Below are positions 37,445 through 50,504 of a stretch of 64,000 nucleotides of DNA, piece after piece. The notes beneath the pieces were generated by a model. It saw nothing but the letters and a program-made list of their open reading frames with translations. It searched no databases and had not been told where the DNA came from. The DNA is from Cyanophora paradoxa CCMP329 (lineage: Eukaryota > Plantae > Glaucophyta): NCBI GenBank assembly GCA_004431415.1, contig QPMI01000053.1, forward strand, positions 1 through 64,000. The letters run 5' to 3'. Numbering within the stretch: the stretch's first letter is position 1; every line of letters starts with the position of its first letter. A program made the position numbers and the translations under genes.

Positions 37445-39829
37445 CTATAATTGACCTTCCGCTTTGAGGGTCTCCAGCTTCTCACGCTCCTTCTCCAAGA
37501 GTTTCTCCTGTGCATCCTTCTGTTGGAGAAAGCGGCTCTGCAAGGACCAATTTGGCAACAAAATCCGTATAGCAGTGACAGGGGAATAACCTTCAGGATG
37601 GGATTTGGTGCCGATGCTGCATGGGAAGCAAGCTGCTCGATTTTGCTTTCGATTGAAGATATGCCCTCCTCGCACGCAGAGACTCGTCGTTTCAGATCTT
37701 CACTCCTGATATAGCTTCATGCCAAATGATTGAAAAAGAAGACCAAAAAAAATCGCACATTTCACGAGTTCTTGGACTCATCTCGCACTGAGCTGTGTTG
37801 CTGTTGTCGGCCCCATCACCTTCCAAGGCCTCACCAATAGCATCGCCATGGCCCTCTATGCCGATCATCAGAACTTGCTCATCGTCATGACCTATGCGCT
37901 TGTGTTGGAATTGTCTGCGGTTTTTCAAGAGGGGGTAGTGAAACCTGATGCAGGCTCTTCCCCAATGGCGGGCTTCTCCGTCAGAAAAGCATCGTCCTGA
38001 GGTGCATGAGATCCTGCTTCTTAACGTGAAACTTACGACAACTCGCACAATCAAATTCTCAAGAAGCAGGTCTCCTCCATCGTCATAGACAGCACCAAGT
38101 TCTTGATGCTCGGTTTGCACCTCAGTCGGAAGCCCTTGTGCAACAGCATCTTCATTACACTCGTTAGACTTCGCTGTGAAATTCGCTGGTTTTGGCACCT
38201 TCCAGAGAGACCTCGCTTTGAATCTGCATATCAGGGTCGAGAGGGGCGAGCTCTGGTGCTGCAGGTTGTTCCGCTGAAGAATCAGTGACTACTGCTCCAC
38301 TTGCCGAAACTGCAGCTGCTGCAAGATCCTTTTTCAAGCGCCGCTCATTCTTTCGCCTGCGATTCAGACACAGAGGGGGTTACAATAAAAGAAAGGGAGG
38401 AGTACATTTGGAGTACTTACTTCCGCTTCTCTTCTTTGCGTTTTTTCCTGATTGCACGGATTCGCCGCCTCTGCTCTTCTTCGGGAAGATTCTGCAGTTC
38501 CGCTTCAAGCTCTGCGCGCTGCAACATGTTCAGCCTGGCAACAATGAACTCAGACATTAACCAAGAACCTGCTCTGAGCTGAGGCGAAGGCTTGCAATCA
38601 GTGCTTCCACGGAAACGAGCTGTTTACTTTGTGCCGCGGGTGTTGAAACTGACTCTGCTCCTGAGGCAGCCGATCCCGTCAATAAGTCTTCATGTGTAGG
38701 CAATGCAGCAGCAGCGTTATCTGGCAGCCATCAGGGTATACGGAGAAATGCATGATGCCTTCCGTACCCAAGTCACTCTTTACGCTCTTCTTCCGTTTTA
38801 ATAATATCGACGCCTGAGCAGCGGGTGTCTCTCCTGCACCGGCCATAATTCCAGAAGCTGTGCTGGCAGTGTCTGGAAGCATGAGCTCATATTGACCCTG
38901 TATTGCAGCGGCAACTTGGTCCATGCCATCTTCCTGTTAAAGAATTCACGACACAAAATCCGGGAGAGTTGTTTCCGAAACTTACAGGAGGAAGAGCGGG
39001 CGATGGTGCCACCGGTGGCTGATTACTCTCATCGACCAATGCGTCTGCACATCAGTTCAGCAAAGCATTCTGTCAGCAAGAGGGATAAGGCTTGTTCACT
39101 TTATATACTCACCAAGTGACATAGCGTCGACTGGGCACTTTTTCTTCTTCTTCTTCTTTCTTGCGGAAGCATTGGCACTGATGTCTTCCTCGACAAGTTC
39201 GTACTCTGGAGCACCGGATCACGGCAAAAGAACAATCGATCTCAAAGACTCCGCACCTATTCCGTCGTTTGCTTGCTTGTTCATGATCCGCAGAAGGTGT
39301 TTTTGAGTTTGGGCGAGGAGAGATTGCTGGGAGCTTCATCAGACACGAACTGCAGACAAATATGAAAAGATACCCACATCAATCTTCTGCCTTGGACGCC
39401 ACCGTCTCCTGCGGATGTCCCGACTGGCAGACGTCAGGCCGTCCTTCCACTCCCCATCCCATGCACCCGGGCCGTCCTCATGTACGACTATCATCTGGCC
39501 GATATCCGAGCTCTTCAGAAGCGTGCCCTTGTCGTACACTTTGTGCGTTTCGACAACACATGGCAGGTCCACAAGATGGCACTGCAAAGTAGTTTCGTTG
39601 AAGCGGAACTGTCCAACTCGACCACCTGTTCACGGCTCGAGGTGCGCGACGATGCTCGCTCGTGGGCGCGCACCCTCGCTGAAGGTGAAGTCCGCGTTCA
39701 TGTCGCCGCCTCTGCGCATCGCCTCCCGCAGCCGCTCCGCCAGCGCCGGCGGAACCCGCAGTACGAGCTGCTCTTCCGCCTGAACGCGTGTGAGCATCCG
39801 ATTGCGTTGTTGCAGCGACGACGCACCAT
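37445..39829 (-). CDS. TAF7: TFIID subunit 7, multi-exon
   Basis: EEQLVLRVP...LVDLPCVVETHK..DK....KSSDIGQMIVV...DGLT....IRRRR; C-terminal NPILK|SRF coiled coil. Middle exons not resolved. Confidence 0.88.
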
Positions 39830-39902
39830 AGATCGCTAGCGGTCTGATCCGTCTGACCGGCCTTCGACGCGTACCCAAATAAACGCTCGACGCTGGGCGA
39901 AG

Positions 39903-40452
39903 ATGGCGAGCCGTCTTCTGACCCCTGAATGGCGGAACTACTTCAGTGCGTCGGTTTCGATACTAATGGGGGCCAGCAGAGCGCCGGGCACGCGCGCTTG
40001 ATGGCGTCGCAGTTCGGGGGCGCGCTCTTGTCGCCGCGGCTGATGCGTTGGCCGTGCATCGCAGTGAGCACGCACTTCTGGGGCCCTCTCGCGAACTGGG
40101 GGTTCGTCGTCGCTGGCCTCGTTGACATGCAGAAGCCCGAAGATCAGATCTCGGGCCCCATGACCTCCGGTGCGCGTTCTGTTTAGAGCGGAACCTGTAT
40201 AGCGACGCTCGCACCTTGCCCGTGACACCGCAGGACCCATCTAGTGAGCGCGCATTCTGCCCGTGCCCCGTGCCGCTGACCACCTTCCACCATGGTCCGT
40301 CCGCAGCACTGTGCGTGTACAGCCTTCTGTTCATGCGCTTCGCTTGGAAGGTCCAGCCGCGCAACATGCTCCTCTTTGCGTGCCATGGATCAAACGAGGC
40401 GGTTCAGCTCTATCAGCTCAGTCGAAAGATCAAGTATGAGTGCGTCGAATGA
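39903..40452 (+). CDS. MPC1: Mitochondrial pyruvate carrier 1
   Basis: [12 protein letters not shown]; ISGPMT; [27 protein letters not shown]. Confidence 0.93.
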
Positions 40453-40883
40453 GTGATCATGAGGGGCCGCGCATGATGATGAGTGATGGGCCGCGCAGGA
40501 TGAGTGATAAGAGTCAGAAGGCGTAATTTTTTTGCAGCAATTTATTTTTATTTGTAGCATCAGGGCCCCTGTGGCCAACATTCCACGCCAACACTAGCTG
40601 TGTCAGAGTCTCAGGGTGGTGGCTGTCGTCTTGGGGTGGCGGCCGAAATTCCTACGGGCTAGCTAGCCGCTGAGCCTAGTAGCCCTTGAGACCTGCCGGG
40701 TGGGCAGCCTGCACCAGAGGCACCTGCCGACCCCGGGGTCCCTATCCGACTGCTCAGCGACCACGCACTCCTGACTGCGATTCGGAGGACAGCCCTCAGG
40801 GCCTACACCCGCTGCCCCTTCAACAAGAAGGCTAGCGCTGCCTCCCTCTTGGGAGGAGGCCCTCGCAAACGGGCTTGTGACAC

Positions 40884-41078
40884 TGCTCTTTCTAAGCGAC
40901 GGGCGCGGCCGGACCTCCTACCTCAGCGCTTTAACTGTACCCGTGCTGTTTGGGTGAGAGCGTAACCCGCAGGGACTGGTGCCCTGATGGAAAAAAGGGG
41001 ATCGGATCCGGAGCCTAGCTAGCTACGAGCTGAGCAGGCGCTTCGCGTCCACGCCCGTGCCGTAGCGGATCAGGATGC
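40884..41078 (-). mobile_element. Fanzor-derived end/omegaRNA-like repeat, copy 2
   Basis: Conserved terminus TGCTCTTTCTAAG and about 195 bp of the family consensus. Confidence 0.8.
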
Positions 41079-41537
41079 GTCGAAAGTTGGACGTCGTAAT
41101 CGCAACGTTAACTTAGTAACTCTGATTCCGATCGTAATCGCAACTCTGATTCCGATCGTAATCGCAACTCTGATTCCGATCGTAATCGCAACTCTGACAC
41201 TGCTCTATTGTTTCCCCCTAAGGGCCCGGTGCATTCCGGGTTCCAGCACGTAGCGTGGCTTTTGCTGCCGTGGGAAGAGCACCCCTGCCCTTTCTAATTT
41301 GAAGTCAGCTTCGAGCATTGGGCGCGAACTGAATTGCAAAAGCGCATCCATAGTTTTTTGGCAACTCATTCTCGAGCGGGCCGCGCTCAATGATGCATTT
41401 CAGACGCGATCGACAACATCTCGACTAGCTGTTCTGACGAGCTGTGCTTCCCGATCCTGCGAAACATTGTACACAGTGAATCGATTTACGACCCAGTAAA
41501 TCGATTTACGACGAATCAAATATGTGCGTACGCTTCT

Positions 41538-41756
41538 TCATTCTCGAGCGGGCCGCGGCGCGGCGGGCGGGCCGCGCTCGATGATATCGGCGAGCACTCG
41601 TGTGGACTGCCAGATATCTACGCCGCGCACGTTAATCCGTCGCCGCCGAGCGCGGTCTATGTCCGCACCTTGATGCAGCTTGAAGTAAGCCGCAGCTCCG
41701 CCGACAGCGCACCCCGCGAAGAACGACGCGAGCTGCGACCTGATTCCTTGGAGCAT
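41538..41756 (-). CDS. Small single-TM protein (2 exons)
   Basis: MLQGIRSQLASFFAGCAVGGAAAYFKLHQ|DIWQSTRVLADII with a GTGCGG..TAG intron; fragments duplicated at about 41787-41843 and 42282-42341. Confidence 0.6.
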   Translation of the reverse strand: MLQGIRSQLASFFAGCAVGGAAAYFKLHQGADIDRARRRRINVRGVDIWQSTRVLADIIERGPPAAPRPARE

Positions 41757-42893
41757 TTCGCTCTCTGACGCGACCTGATTCTGGCTTTCTGACGTCGGCG
41801 AGCAATCGCGTGGACTGCCAGATACCTACGCCGCGCACGTTGATCGACCCCGCGGACACGTGAGAGAGAGAGCAAGTAAAAGACACTCCCAGGACTCGAA
41901 ACCGAGTCTGGGTGGTGATAAACATATTGCTCTCAAAAAAAGAAAATAACAACCCGTATGAAGACCCTACCCGAGACGTAGGATCTCATACAGGAAACAA
42001 ACCTGACCTTCCCATACTGACCTGCTCCCTATCAGGACACGTACGCGCGAGGGCGACACGTCGGGGGGTACACCGCCGTCTCTGCTCTGCCTGTCTGGGC
42101 CAGCGCCTCGACGGCCACGCGTCTTTGACTCTAGCGATCGTAATTTGACTCTAGCGATCGTCATTCTTCCGATCGTAGCAAACAGTCCAGACGATCGTAA
42201 TTCTAGACCTTCAAGGGCTTCTCGGTCGTAATTCGGTGCGGTCGTAATCGTGCGCGTGTACGCGTGGGCTTGTCTGGGTCTATGTGCGCACCTTTATGCA
42301 GCTTGAAGTAAGCCGCTGCTCCGCCGACAGTGCACCCCGCGAGTAATCCAACGCTCTCTCAGTGACTCTCCGACTCAGCCGCTCAGACCCGCTTAGGGCC
42401 GCTCTCGGGCTGGGGGTACGCGGCGATTGACTGCATTCGTCAAGAATTAGTATATAGGAAGGTCAAGAATTAGAAATGCGTGTGCTGTGCACGTGGGTAC
42501 GTGGTGTGGATGCCCTCCTCGGAATGCCAAGGCCGCCGGGCTGTGCTTATATGTATAGCATTTGGACGTCGACACGTACTAAAGACGTGGGCTGCAAGTG
42601 TGCACGTGGGATGTGCACTGCGGCCCCGTACGCGTGGCCGTGCACGTGGGCCCACGTGCACTAGTACTGGGCCAGCCCATCAGCGAGCTGGCCGGCCGGG
42701 CCCTGCGTGGAGCTGGCCTGAGTGTAATGCGCCTCCCCGCCGACACTCTGGCTAGCCAGATCTAGAGCTACAGCTGCAGGTGCCCGCACGTGCACGGCGG
42801 TTGTGCCACGGTGGCATCGCGTTTTTTTTTGCTTTGGTTTGAACCACTGCCTCCCTCAAAATTCATGCATGGCGCATATTCAAAGAACCTATT

Positions 42894-43178
42894 TGCTCTT
42901 TCTAAGCTACGGGCGCGCCGGACCTCCTACCTCAGCGCTTTAACTGTACCCGTGCTGTTTGGGTGAGAGCGTAACCCGCAGGGACTGGTGCCCTGATGGG
43001 GAAAAGGGGATGGGAGCCTAGCTAGCTACGAGCCGAGCAGGCGCTTCGCGTCCACGCCCGTGCCGTAGCGGATGAAGATGCTCCTGCGAGAGGTCTGTGC
43101 GATCAGTACGATTACGATCGCGATCGGGCGGCGCTGGGAGGGCGAGCCGGCCCTAGGCCTAGACGGAAAATTACGCCG
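42894..43178 (-). mobile_element. Fanzor-derived end/omegaRNA-like repeat, copy 3
   Basis: Family consensus with the same terminus. Confidence 0.8.
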
Positions 43179-43179
43179 A

Positions 43180-43596
43180 AAGTTGACGAGTTGGACGAAA
43201 GTTGGACGAAAGTTGGACGAAAGTTGAACGTCGTAATCGCAACGTTAACTTAGCAACTCTGATTCCGATCGTAATCGCAACTGGACGAAAGTTGGACGAA
43301 AGTGGACGAGTTGGACGAAAGTTGGACGAAAGTTGGACGAAAGTTGAACGTCGTAATCGCAACGTTAACTTAGCAACTCTGATTCCGATCGTAATCGCAA
43401 CTCTGATTCCGATCGTAATCGCAACTGGACGAAAGTTGGACGAAAGTGGGACGAAAGTTGGACGAAAGTTGGACGAAAGTTGGACGAAAGTTGAACGTCG
43501 TAATCGCAACGTTAACTTAGCAACTCTGATTCCGATCGTAATCGCAACGTTAACTTAGCAACTCTGATTCCGGTCGTAATCGCAACTCTGATTCCG
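43180..43596. repeat. Composite minisatellite (GTTGGACGAAA 11-mer plus CGTAATCGCAACTCTGATTCCGAT units)
   Basis: Read directly; same units at 41080-41177 and, inverted, at 62955-63011. Confidence 0.9.
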
Positions 43597-43638
43597 GGCC
43601 GTATTCCTGTCCAACCTATTTGCAAGGAAGACTTTTTT

Positions 43639-44849
43639 CTATTTAAACATTTTCCCAAACATTTCTGCCGTCTTTTTTTTGTATGCCTGCTCTCTGCTTT
43701 GAACTGCTGCAAGCTCACGGTTGATATCACCGTTTTGAGGGTCAATTTTGGCAGCAGCCAGAAGATCTGCTTTGGCCGCGTGAAAATCTCCATTATTGCT
43801 CCGGGCTTGTGCCCTCCGGAAGAGCGCTTTCACACTGTTTCCGTCCATCGAAAGGGCCTTCGAGCAAGCAGTTTCGGCCTCGCGGAACTCGCTCAACTAA
43901 TAAGAGGGTAACGTAAGTTCATTCAGAAACGATCCACGAGATGGTTTGCACCTTCAGCCTTGCTTGGGCAAGGTTCAAGAGAGCGGAACATTTGAGGGCT
44001 GCCGCCTTCGACTTCTGCTCGTCCGAGAAATCGTAGTCCGTCTCAAGCACTTGGACAGCGGCGTCGTATCGCTTTGCAGCTTCCGCGAAAGCGCTTTCCT
44101 TGTAGAACTTGTTTCCAAGGTCCTTCCTATGAGTCAAGGGGTAAGGGTTAAGGAGGCTATATAGCTAGTGGCGGGGCGAGCGGGCACACCGCTTTTCAGC
44201 TGCATCAATCTTCTCATCAGGGCTCATTTCCCAGGTTTCTTTTTCATACCCGGGCTCCGGCTTCACGATCTCGAAAAGTTCGATGTCGAACTGAAGAGCA
44301 GCATCCGGCGGGCTGTCGCAGTTGTCAGAGCGAAAATCAAAGCCTCGGCTTTTCGGCCTCGAATCCGAATGAAGACCCGGCCTCATCAAAAATGCTTCAA
44401 CACACACATTTTTGGGGGGCTGCCGGTCTTTCCATAAGCATACTCAGGGGAAAGGATGAAAGTGGCCCGCTCTCCCACCTGGCGAAACATGAGCCCAATG
44501 CGCCGACAACATGAGCCCAATGCGCCGAGAGTACACTGCCCGCTTGTTTCTAAATTGGTTTTAGGCTGGCTTCGAATTTGACTTCGCCAGTCCTTCTTGA
44601 ATTCGGGGTCAAGTGGAGCTCCCGTACCTGCATCGTCGCGACGCCCTCATCCCATCCGCGAATCACCCGGCCTTTTCCCAGCTGGAATTCGAAAAGCTCG
44701 GCGCGGTCGCGCGAGGAGTCGAATTTTGTCCCATCGAGGAGCGTTCCCGTGTAGTGAACGCGCACTTTGCAGCCCGCAACTGGCTTCTCGCCTTCGCCCG
44801 CGGACAGCAGCTTCTTCTTCATCTGCTCGAGCTGAGTACCGGGCTCCAT
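43639..44849 (-). CDS. FKBP-type peptidyl-prolyl isomerase with TPR domain (FKBP4/5/62-like)
   Basis: [19 protein letters not shown]...[12 protein letters not shown]; KDLGNKFYK; [10 protein letters not shown]. Confidence 0.93.
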
Positions 44850-45553
44850 GCGCGCGCCAGCACAGAGTTACGAGTTACCGCGCCGTCCGCGTACGTAATC
44901 CAGTCTCCGTCCATCGTTGGATGTAGCGCCGGCGGCTGCGCACGCCCGGTCGTCAGCACGGCGGCGACGTTGTCACAGTGTCGATTTCAGTAGCCCCGAA
45001 GCGTACGCGTCGCGCTAGCTATATATATAGACGTCTAAACGGCGCCACCTGGGCAACTGCCGCCGGACTTTCTCGAACCTTCACGAGGGCTGTACCCGGT
45101 GAGGAGTTCTACCCCCTCAGCAGGTACCTGGGGTACCACCACGTATGCGTAGCAAGGTTCGTCTTTGATCGATATCTGCGATTACGATTAGGCTGTCCTT
45201 GGTGCACGTGAGCACATCCCACACCTGTAGCCGGAACTCGGGAGTACGTGTCCAAATGCGCGTCCTGGCCTGGGACAGGCCTAAGCAGTTCCCCAGCCCG
45301 TCTGCAACCCCGGCCCCAGATAGCTCCAGCACGCGTACGTTCTTAAAGCTTTAATTTCCCAGATCTAGACCTCATGATAAGTATATATTAGATCTATAGC
45401 TAGATCTGAGGACTCCGGGATCCGGGAAGAGAACAAGTACTAGTTGGACGGCGGAAGCTTATGGCCAGACCTCTTAATTATCTATATAAGCTTTGATTAC
45501 GATTACGATTCGGCGATTAATATTGGGGGTTGCATTCGATTCGATTGCGGACA

Positions 45554-46140
45554 TGCTCTTTCTAAGCTACGGGCGCGGCCGGACCTCCTACCTCAGCGCT
45601 TTAACTGTACATGTACCCGTGCTGTTTGGGTGAGAGCGTAACCCGCAGGACTGGTGCCCTGATGGAAAAAAGGGAATCGGAGCCTAGCTAGCTACGAGCT
45701 GAGCAGGCGCTTCGCGTCCACGCCCGTGCCGTAGCGGATCAGGATGCCCCTGCGAGAGGTCTGTGCGATCAGTACGATTACGATTGCGATCGGGCGGCGC
45801 TGGGAGGGCGAGCCGGCCCTAGACGGAAAATTACGCCGTGGATAGGCCGTGTCGGGACTAGGCGGGGGGAGCAGCGATTGTGTATAGGCGTGTATAGACA
45901 CAACACGCACCGCGCGGCGCCGCCGTCGCGGTCCGCCCGGAAGCCGCACCCGGGGCGGCACTCGAAGACCCTCTTCGAGCCGAGCGTGTAGTTGATCTTG
46001 CCGCACATCCCGCACGTCTTCGAGGTCCAGGCCTCGAGCTCGCAGACGAGCTGGAGCGTGCATGGCGGGTCCTCGTCCTTGGGGTGCCGCCGAACGGCGT
46101 GCTGCAGGAGCTGCCGGAACCTGCGCCAAATAAGCATCAT
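45554..46140 (-). pseudogene. Fanzor2/TnpB 3' remnant plus downstream omegaRNA-like end, copy 4
   Basis: MMLIW..FRQLL...EAWTSKTCGMCGKINYTLGSKRVFECRPGCGFRADRDGGAARCVL: zinc ribbon and RuvC-III of IS607-type TnpB/Fanzor2. Confidence 0.88.
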
Positions 46141-46361
46141 CGATTACGATTGGGGCGTCTGCATAATTAGGACGTCTTAGCTTTCGTGATATATCATATC
46201 ATAGTACGTGAAACCCAAAATCGACGACGGGGGCGAGGACCTTCATTCAGGGTATATTTGGATCTTGAATTGAAATAAAAGTAATCTACAATCCCAACCT
46301 GAGACGTCTACATGGGAAGATATAACTCGATCCAGCCGCCGCAGGAGCTGATGCTAACTCT

Positions 46362-46730
46362 AAATTCTTGTCTAGCTGATGCTTGGAGCTAGCTGATCGT
46401 AATCGTAATTCTTGTCTAGCTGATGCTTGGAGCTGATCGTAATCGTAATTCTTGTCTAGCTGATGCTTGGAGCTGATCGTAATCGTAATTCTTGTCTAGC
46501 TGACTCAGTGATGCTTGGAGCTGATATATTGCTCTTTTCTTGAACAAGGGACCGGCCAAACGTTTAACAGTGAAATGTATAAAGAGCGATATTATCACTG
46601 GTGGGCCCCAACAGTCCAATTGTGCATGCGCATGGCCACCCGCCATGCGGGCCAGGCTGATCGTAATCGTAATTCTTGTCTAGCTGATGCTTGGAGCTGA
46701 TCGTAATCGTAATTCTTGTCTAGCTGATGC
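46362..46730. repeat. 40-bp tandem repeat (CTTGTCTAGCTGATGCTTGGAGCTGATCGTAATCGTAATT), interrupted once
   Basis: About 4 units, a ~130-bp unique stretch, then about 2 units. Confidence 0.9.
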
Positions 46731-46993
46731 TATAGCTAGGGCCCTTGGAGTGCACCCCCTACTCCGGCACTAATACTCCAATCTACCCCTATACCTAGAT
46801 TGCAGTTGTTCAACTCCAGGTAGAATAGTTTGTGTAGCAAATTCCAGGCGTCGTGGGGCGCGTCCTGTGAGCAAACAACTCATAAAAGGGGGTCTGCCAA
46901 TCGGCTGAGCTGGTCGGGCACGGCCATTTTGGACTTTTGTGCTGCTGCGGAAGTCGCGTCGCGAAACCATTTCTTTTTCGCCACTCGGGCAAC

Positions 46994-47303
46994 TGCTCTT
47001 TCTAAGCTACGGGCGCGCCGGACCTCCTACCTACAGCGCTTTAACTGTACCCGTGCTGTTTGGGTGAGAGCGTAACCCGCAGGGACTGGTGCCCTGATGG
47101 GGAAAAGGGGATGGGAGCCTAGCTAGCTACGAGCCGAGCAGGCGCTTCGCGTCCACGCCCGTGCCGTAGCGGATGAAGATGCTCCTGCGAGAGGTCTGTG
47201 CGATCAGTACGATTACGATCGCGATCGGGCGGCGCTGGGAGGGCGAGCCGGCCCTAGGCCTAGACGGAAAATTACGCCGTGGCTGGGCCGTGTCGGGACT
47301 AGG
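46994..47303 (-). mobile_element. Fanzor-derived end/omegaRNA-like repeat, copy 5
   Basis: Shares diagnostic variants with copy 3. Confidence 0.8.
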
Positions 47304-47890
47304 CTCCATGCGCGCGCCAGCACAGAGTTACGAGTTACCGCGCCGTCCGCGTACGTAATCCAGTCTCCGTCCATCGTTGGATGTAGCGCCGGCGGCTGCG
47401 CACGCCCGGTCGTCAGCACGGCGGCGACGTTGTCACAGTGTCGATTTCAGTAGCCCCGAAGCGTACGCGTCGCGCTAGCTATATATATAAACGGCGCCAC
47501 CTGGGCAACTGCCGCCGGACTTTCTCGAACCTTCACGAGGGCTGTACCCGGTGAGGAGTTTCACCCCACTAAGTGCGAGTCCTAGCCATCTTAATCTTTG
47601 ATTTCTATATATATATATAGAAGCGTCTGTCAGATCATGCACGAGCCCCTAATCTCCCCAGGGGTCCCCGTACCGAGGATCACTCGGCACATTCCCGCCA
47701 CCATCATCGACCAACGCCAATGGCCGCCGCCGATTGCTCGAATCCGCTAGCGCTAGCAGGCTGCGGGCGCTCGAATTTGAGAGCGGAAGAGGAACTTCGG
47801 ACTCCGAGAGGAAGCTTGAACTTGGAGGGCAGCGCCGGGGCGGCGAAGCTGGGGCGGCGCCGGGTCGCTGTAAGATAATTGATACACGAG

Positions 47891-49024
47891 TTATATCATA
47901 CTGCCCGAGTGGAGGACATCAATCATGTTGAAGACACGTTGACCAGTCCTCTCAGCAATCTTGCTGGCAAGAAACAGGACGGCATCGACAGAACCCTCGC
48001 AGTACACATTTCGGCCGCACACATTGTGCTTGAACTCGAAGCTGACGGTCCCATCCGGAGAGATAAGCGAGTAGGTGTGGAAGGCATGTCCCAGCAAGAA
48101 CTCTTCTGGAACCTGCATTTGAGAGACCTGGCTGACGGGATCACGGACCTGCAATCAATGTGAGCTCGCGGCATCTAAAGGATAAGAATAGAAAATCTTA
48201 CCATCTCAATGTCATCAACGTCAAACTTCTCGACACCCAGCTTCTTGAATGAAGCAACCACTGCCTTTGCTGTTCCGGATGTGTCTGCCTTGCTGGACTG
48301 TCGAAACAAGTTACAAGTTCGCCACATGGAGGCGCAGATTGACGCAGAGGATGAGCACCTGGTGCGACTCGACAACTTTGAGCTTGTACCCCGAAAACGC
48401 CCCCGGAAACTCGTTCGCCATGTACTCCATCATGGCCTGAAAAGCGACGATCTGCTTGCCCATGTTCGGAGCAATCACGCAGTAAATTTTGCTATCGTTG
48501 ACGATTTTCATCAGAGCATCCCGATCTCCTCCAGTCGTTCCCATGACAAAAGGAACGTTGTGCTGGCCCGCCGCCCTTGAAATCAGATCCCGCTCGACCT
48601 CAACACGCGCATATCTAGAGCCTCAGCCTCAGACCTTCACGTAGAATTCCGCGTTCGGGATGACGGCGGTGGGATGAGTGTAGTCGACAGCTATCAGTGA
48701 AGGGAAGTCCTGTTTGATGGCATCGATAGCTCCTTCGCGCTGCGCGGGGTCGGGACAGAGAAATGTACGACGAGGTTCCCCAAGGCACCACAGAGGGACG
48801 CAAGAGCTTGACGTCGACGCCGCCAATGTCGCAGGAGGCGGTCTGAACATCCTCCCCAGTGAGCGAATACGGAACGAGCGTCAGGCCGCGCCGAAGGACA
48901 GCTTTCGAAACGTCGATGCTACGGACGCCTCAGCCAGCCGGCAAGCGACACGGAACGCCGGCCACGCGCACCCCATCTTGCCCGGAGCGCCGTTCACCAT
49001 GACGGGCGGCTTGCTAGTCGCCAT
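47891..49024 (-). CDS. dapB: 4-hydroxy-tetrahydrodipicolinate reductase (plant/algal-type), multi-exon
   Basis: VMVNGAPGKMG; AVDYTHP; FVMGTTGGDR; VIAPNMGKQIVAFQ; ESHQ|SSKADTSGTAKA; GHAFHTY; HNVCGR. Confidence 0.93.
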
Positions 49025-49396
49025 AGCCTCGAAAACAACGCGCGCCTCGACTATTAACGGAGGCCCTCAGCGGCGCGTCATGCAGGGACCGCGTCGGGCG
49101 CTCGCCTACCGCGAGGGGACGAGCGGGGACGGTTGCTGGCGCGAAGGGCCAGGCCTGCGAACCCAGAGCAGGCCGATCCGAGAGAGGATGAGCTCCTCTG
49201 TCCGGGGTGGAGCGCGGCGCTGCAGAAGGCCATTCGGTCTCGTCTGGTTTGTTGGATTGCGGCGTCGAACACGCTGGATCGTCGACCTGGCGCGCTTCCG
49301 CGACGACGACGGACCGCCGAGGGACCGAGGGTACCACGGGGGGTACGCGCTCTTCCCGGTTCTCCCGGCGTCCCGGTTCTCGCCGCGCAGCCGCGA

Positions 49397-50504
49397 ATGT
49401 TCCGCGCAGCCGCCTCGCTTCTGAAGAAGGTTTGCAACCAGGAGAGCGCGCCTGTGGGAGCGACAGCAAAACGTCGTTGACCTTGCGCGCCGCAGGAGCT
49501 GCCCGCGGCCGCCGCCGCGGGAGTGGCCCTCGCCGCGTTCGGAGGTGCCACGGCATTTGCTTCGGATGACTCCCTGCAGCCGCCTTTCTACCCGTGGTCG
49601 CACTCGGGGCCCCTCAGCGCGTTCGATGCCGCCAGGTCAGCTGGATCCCCGCCCTCGCTGTGCGGCCTCTTGCCGATGCACTTGTACTCTGCAGCATTCG
49701 TCGCGGGTTCCAGGTGTACAAGGGCGTGTGGTGCGGCTAACGACTATCGCTAGCGTGTGCCGCGCCACTTACGCCGGGCGCCTTCGCAGTTCCGCCTGCC
49801 ACAGTATGGACCGCATCGCCTACCGCAACCTGATCAACGTTTGCTACACGGAGGACGAGGTGAAGGCGCTTGCCGCCGAGATTGAAGTGAAGGATGGCCC
49901 GAACGACGCTGGCGAGATGTTCATGCGCCCCGGCAAGCCGTCCGACAAATTCCCGCGGCCATACGCGAACGAGCAGGCAGCGCGCGCTGCGAATGGCGGC
50001 GCCTACCCTCCGGACCTGTCGCTGATCATCAAGGCCCGGGCCCGCCGCGAGGACTACGTCTTCGCGCTCCTTACCGGCTACAAGGAGCCTCCCGCGGGTG
50101 TCACCATCCGCGAGGGCCTCCACTACAAGTGCGCGGTAGGCCCACCGCTCTGCTTCGCAACTCACAACATATTTCGCAGCCCGTACTTCGCTGGTGGCGC
50201 CATCTCGATGGCGCAGCCGATCTACGATGGCAGCGTCGAGTATGATGATGGCACCCCGAACACTGCGTCCCAGATTGCAAAGGATGTCGTCACTTTCCTG
50301 GCCTGGGCGTCTGAACCGGAGGCCGATGAGCGCAAGAAGGCGGGGCTCAAGTGGATCGGCACCCTCTCCATCGCTCTTCTCGCGACTGCGTACTACAAGC
50401 GCTTCCGCTGGAACGTCATCAAGTGTGTCCTTGTGTCTTGCTCGATCTCTCGTCATAGCTACTAATGCTTTCTCAGGAATCGCCGCCTCGAGTTCAAGCT
50501 TTGA
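49397..50504 (+). CDS. CYC1: Cytochrome c1, mitochondrial
   Basis: [12 protein letters not shown]; spliced VCSACHSM heme motif; [13 protein letters not shown]; [14 protein letters not shown]. Confidence 0.97.

Noticed and set aside
46362-46730. CRISPR-like array
   Set aside because: The 40-bp units are head-to-tail with only one interruption; no regular unique spacers and no cas genes.
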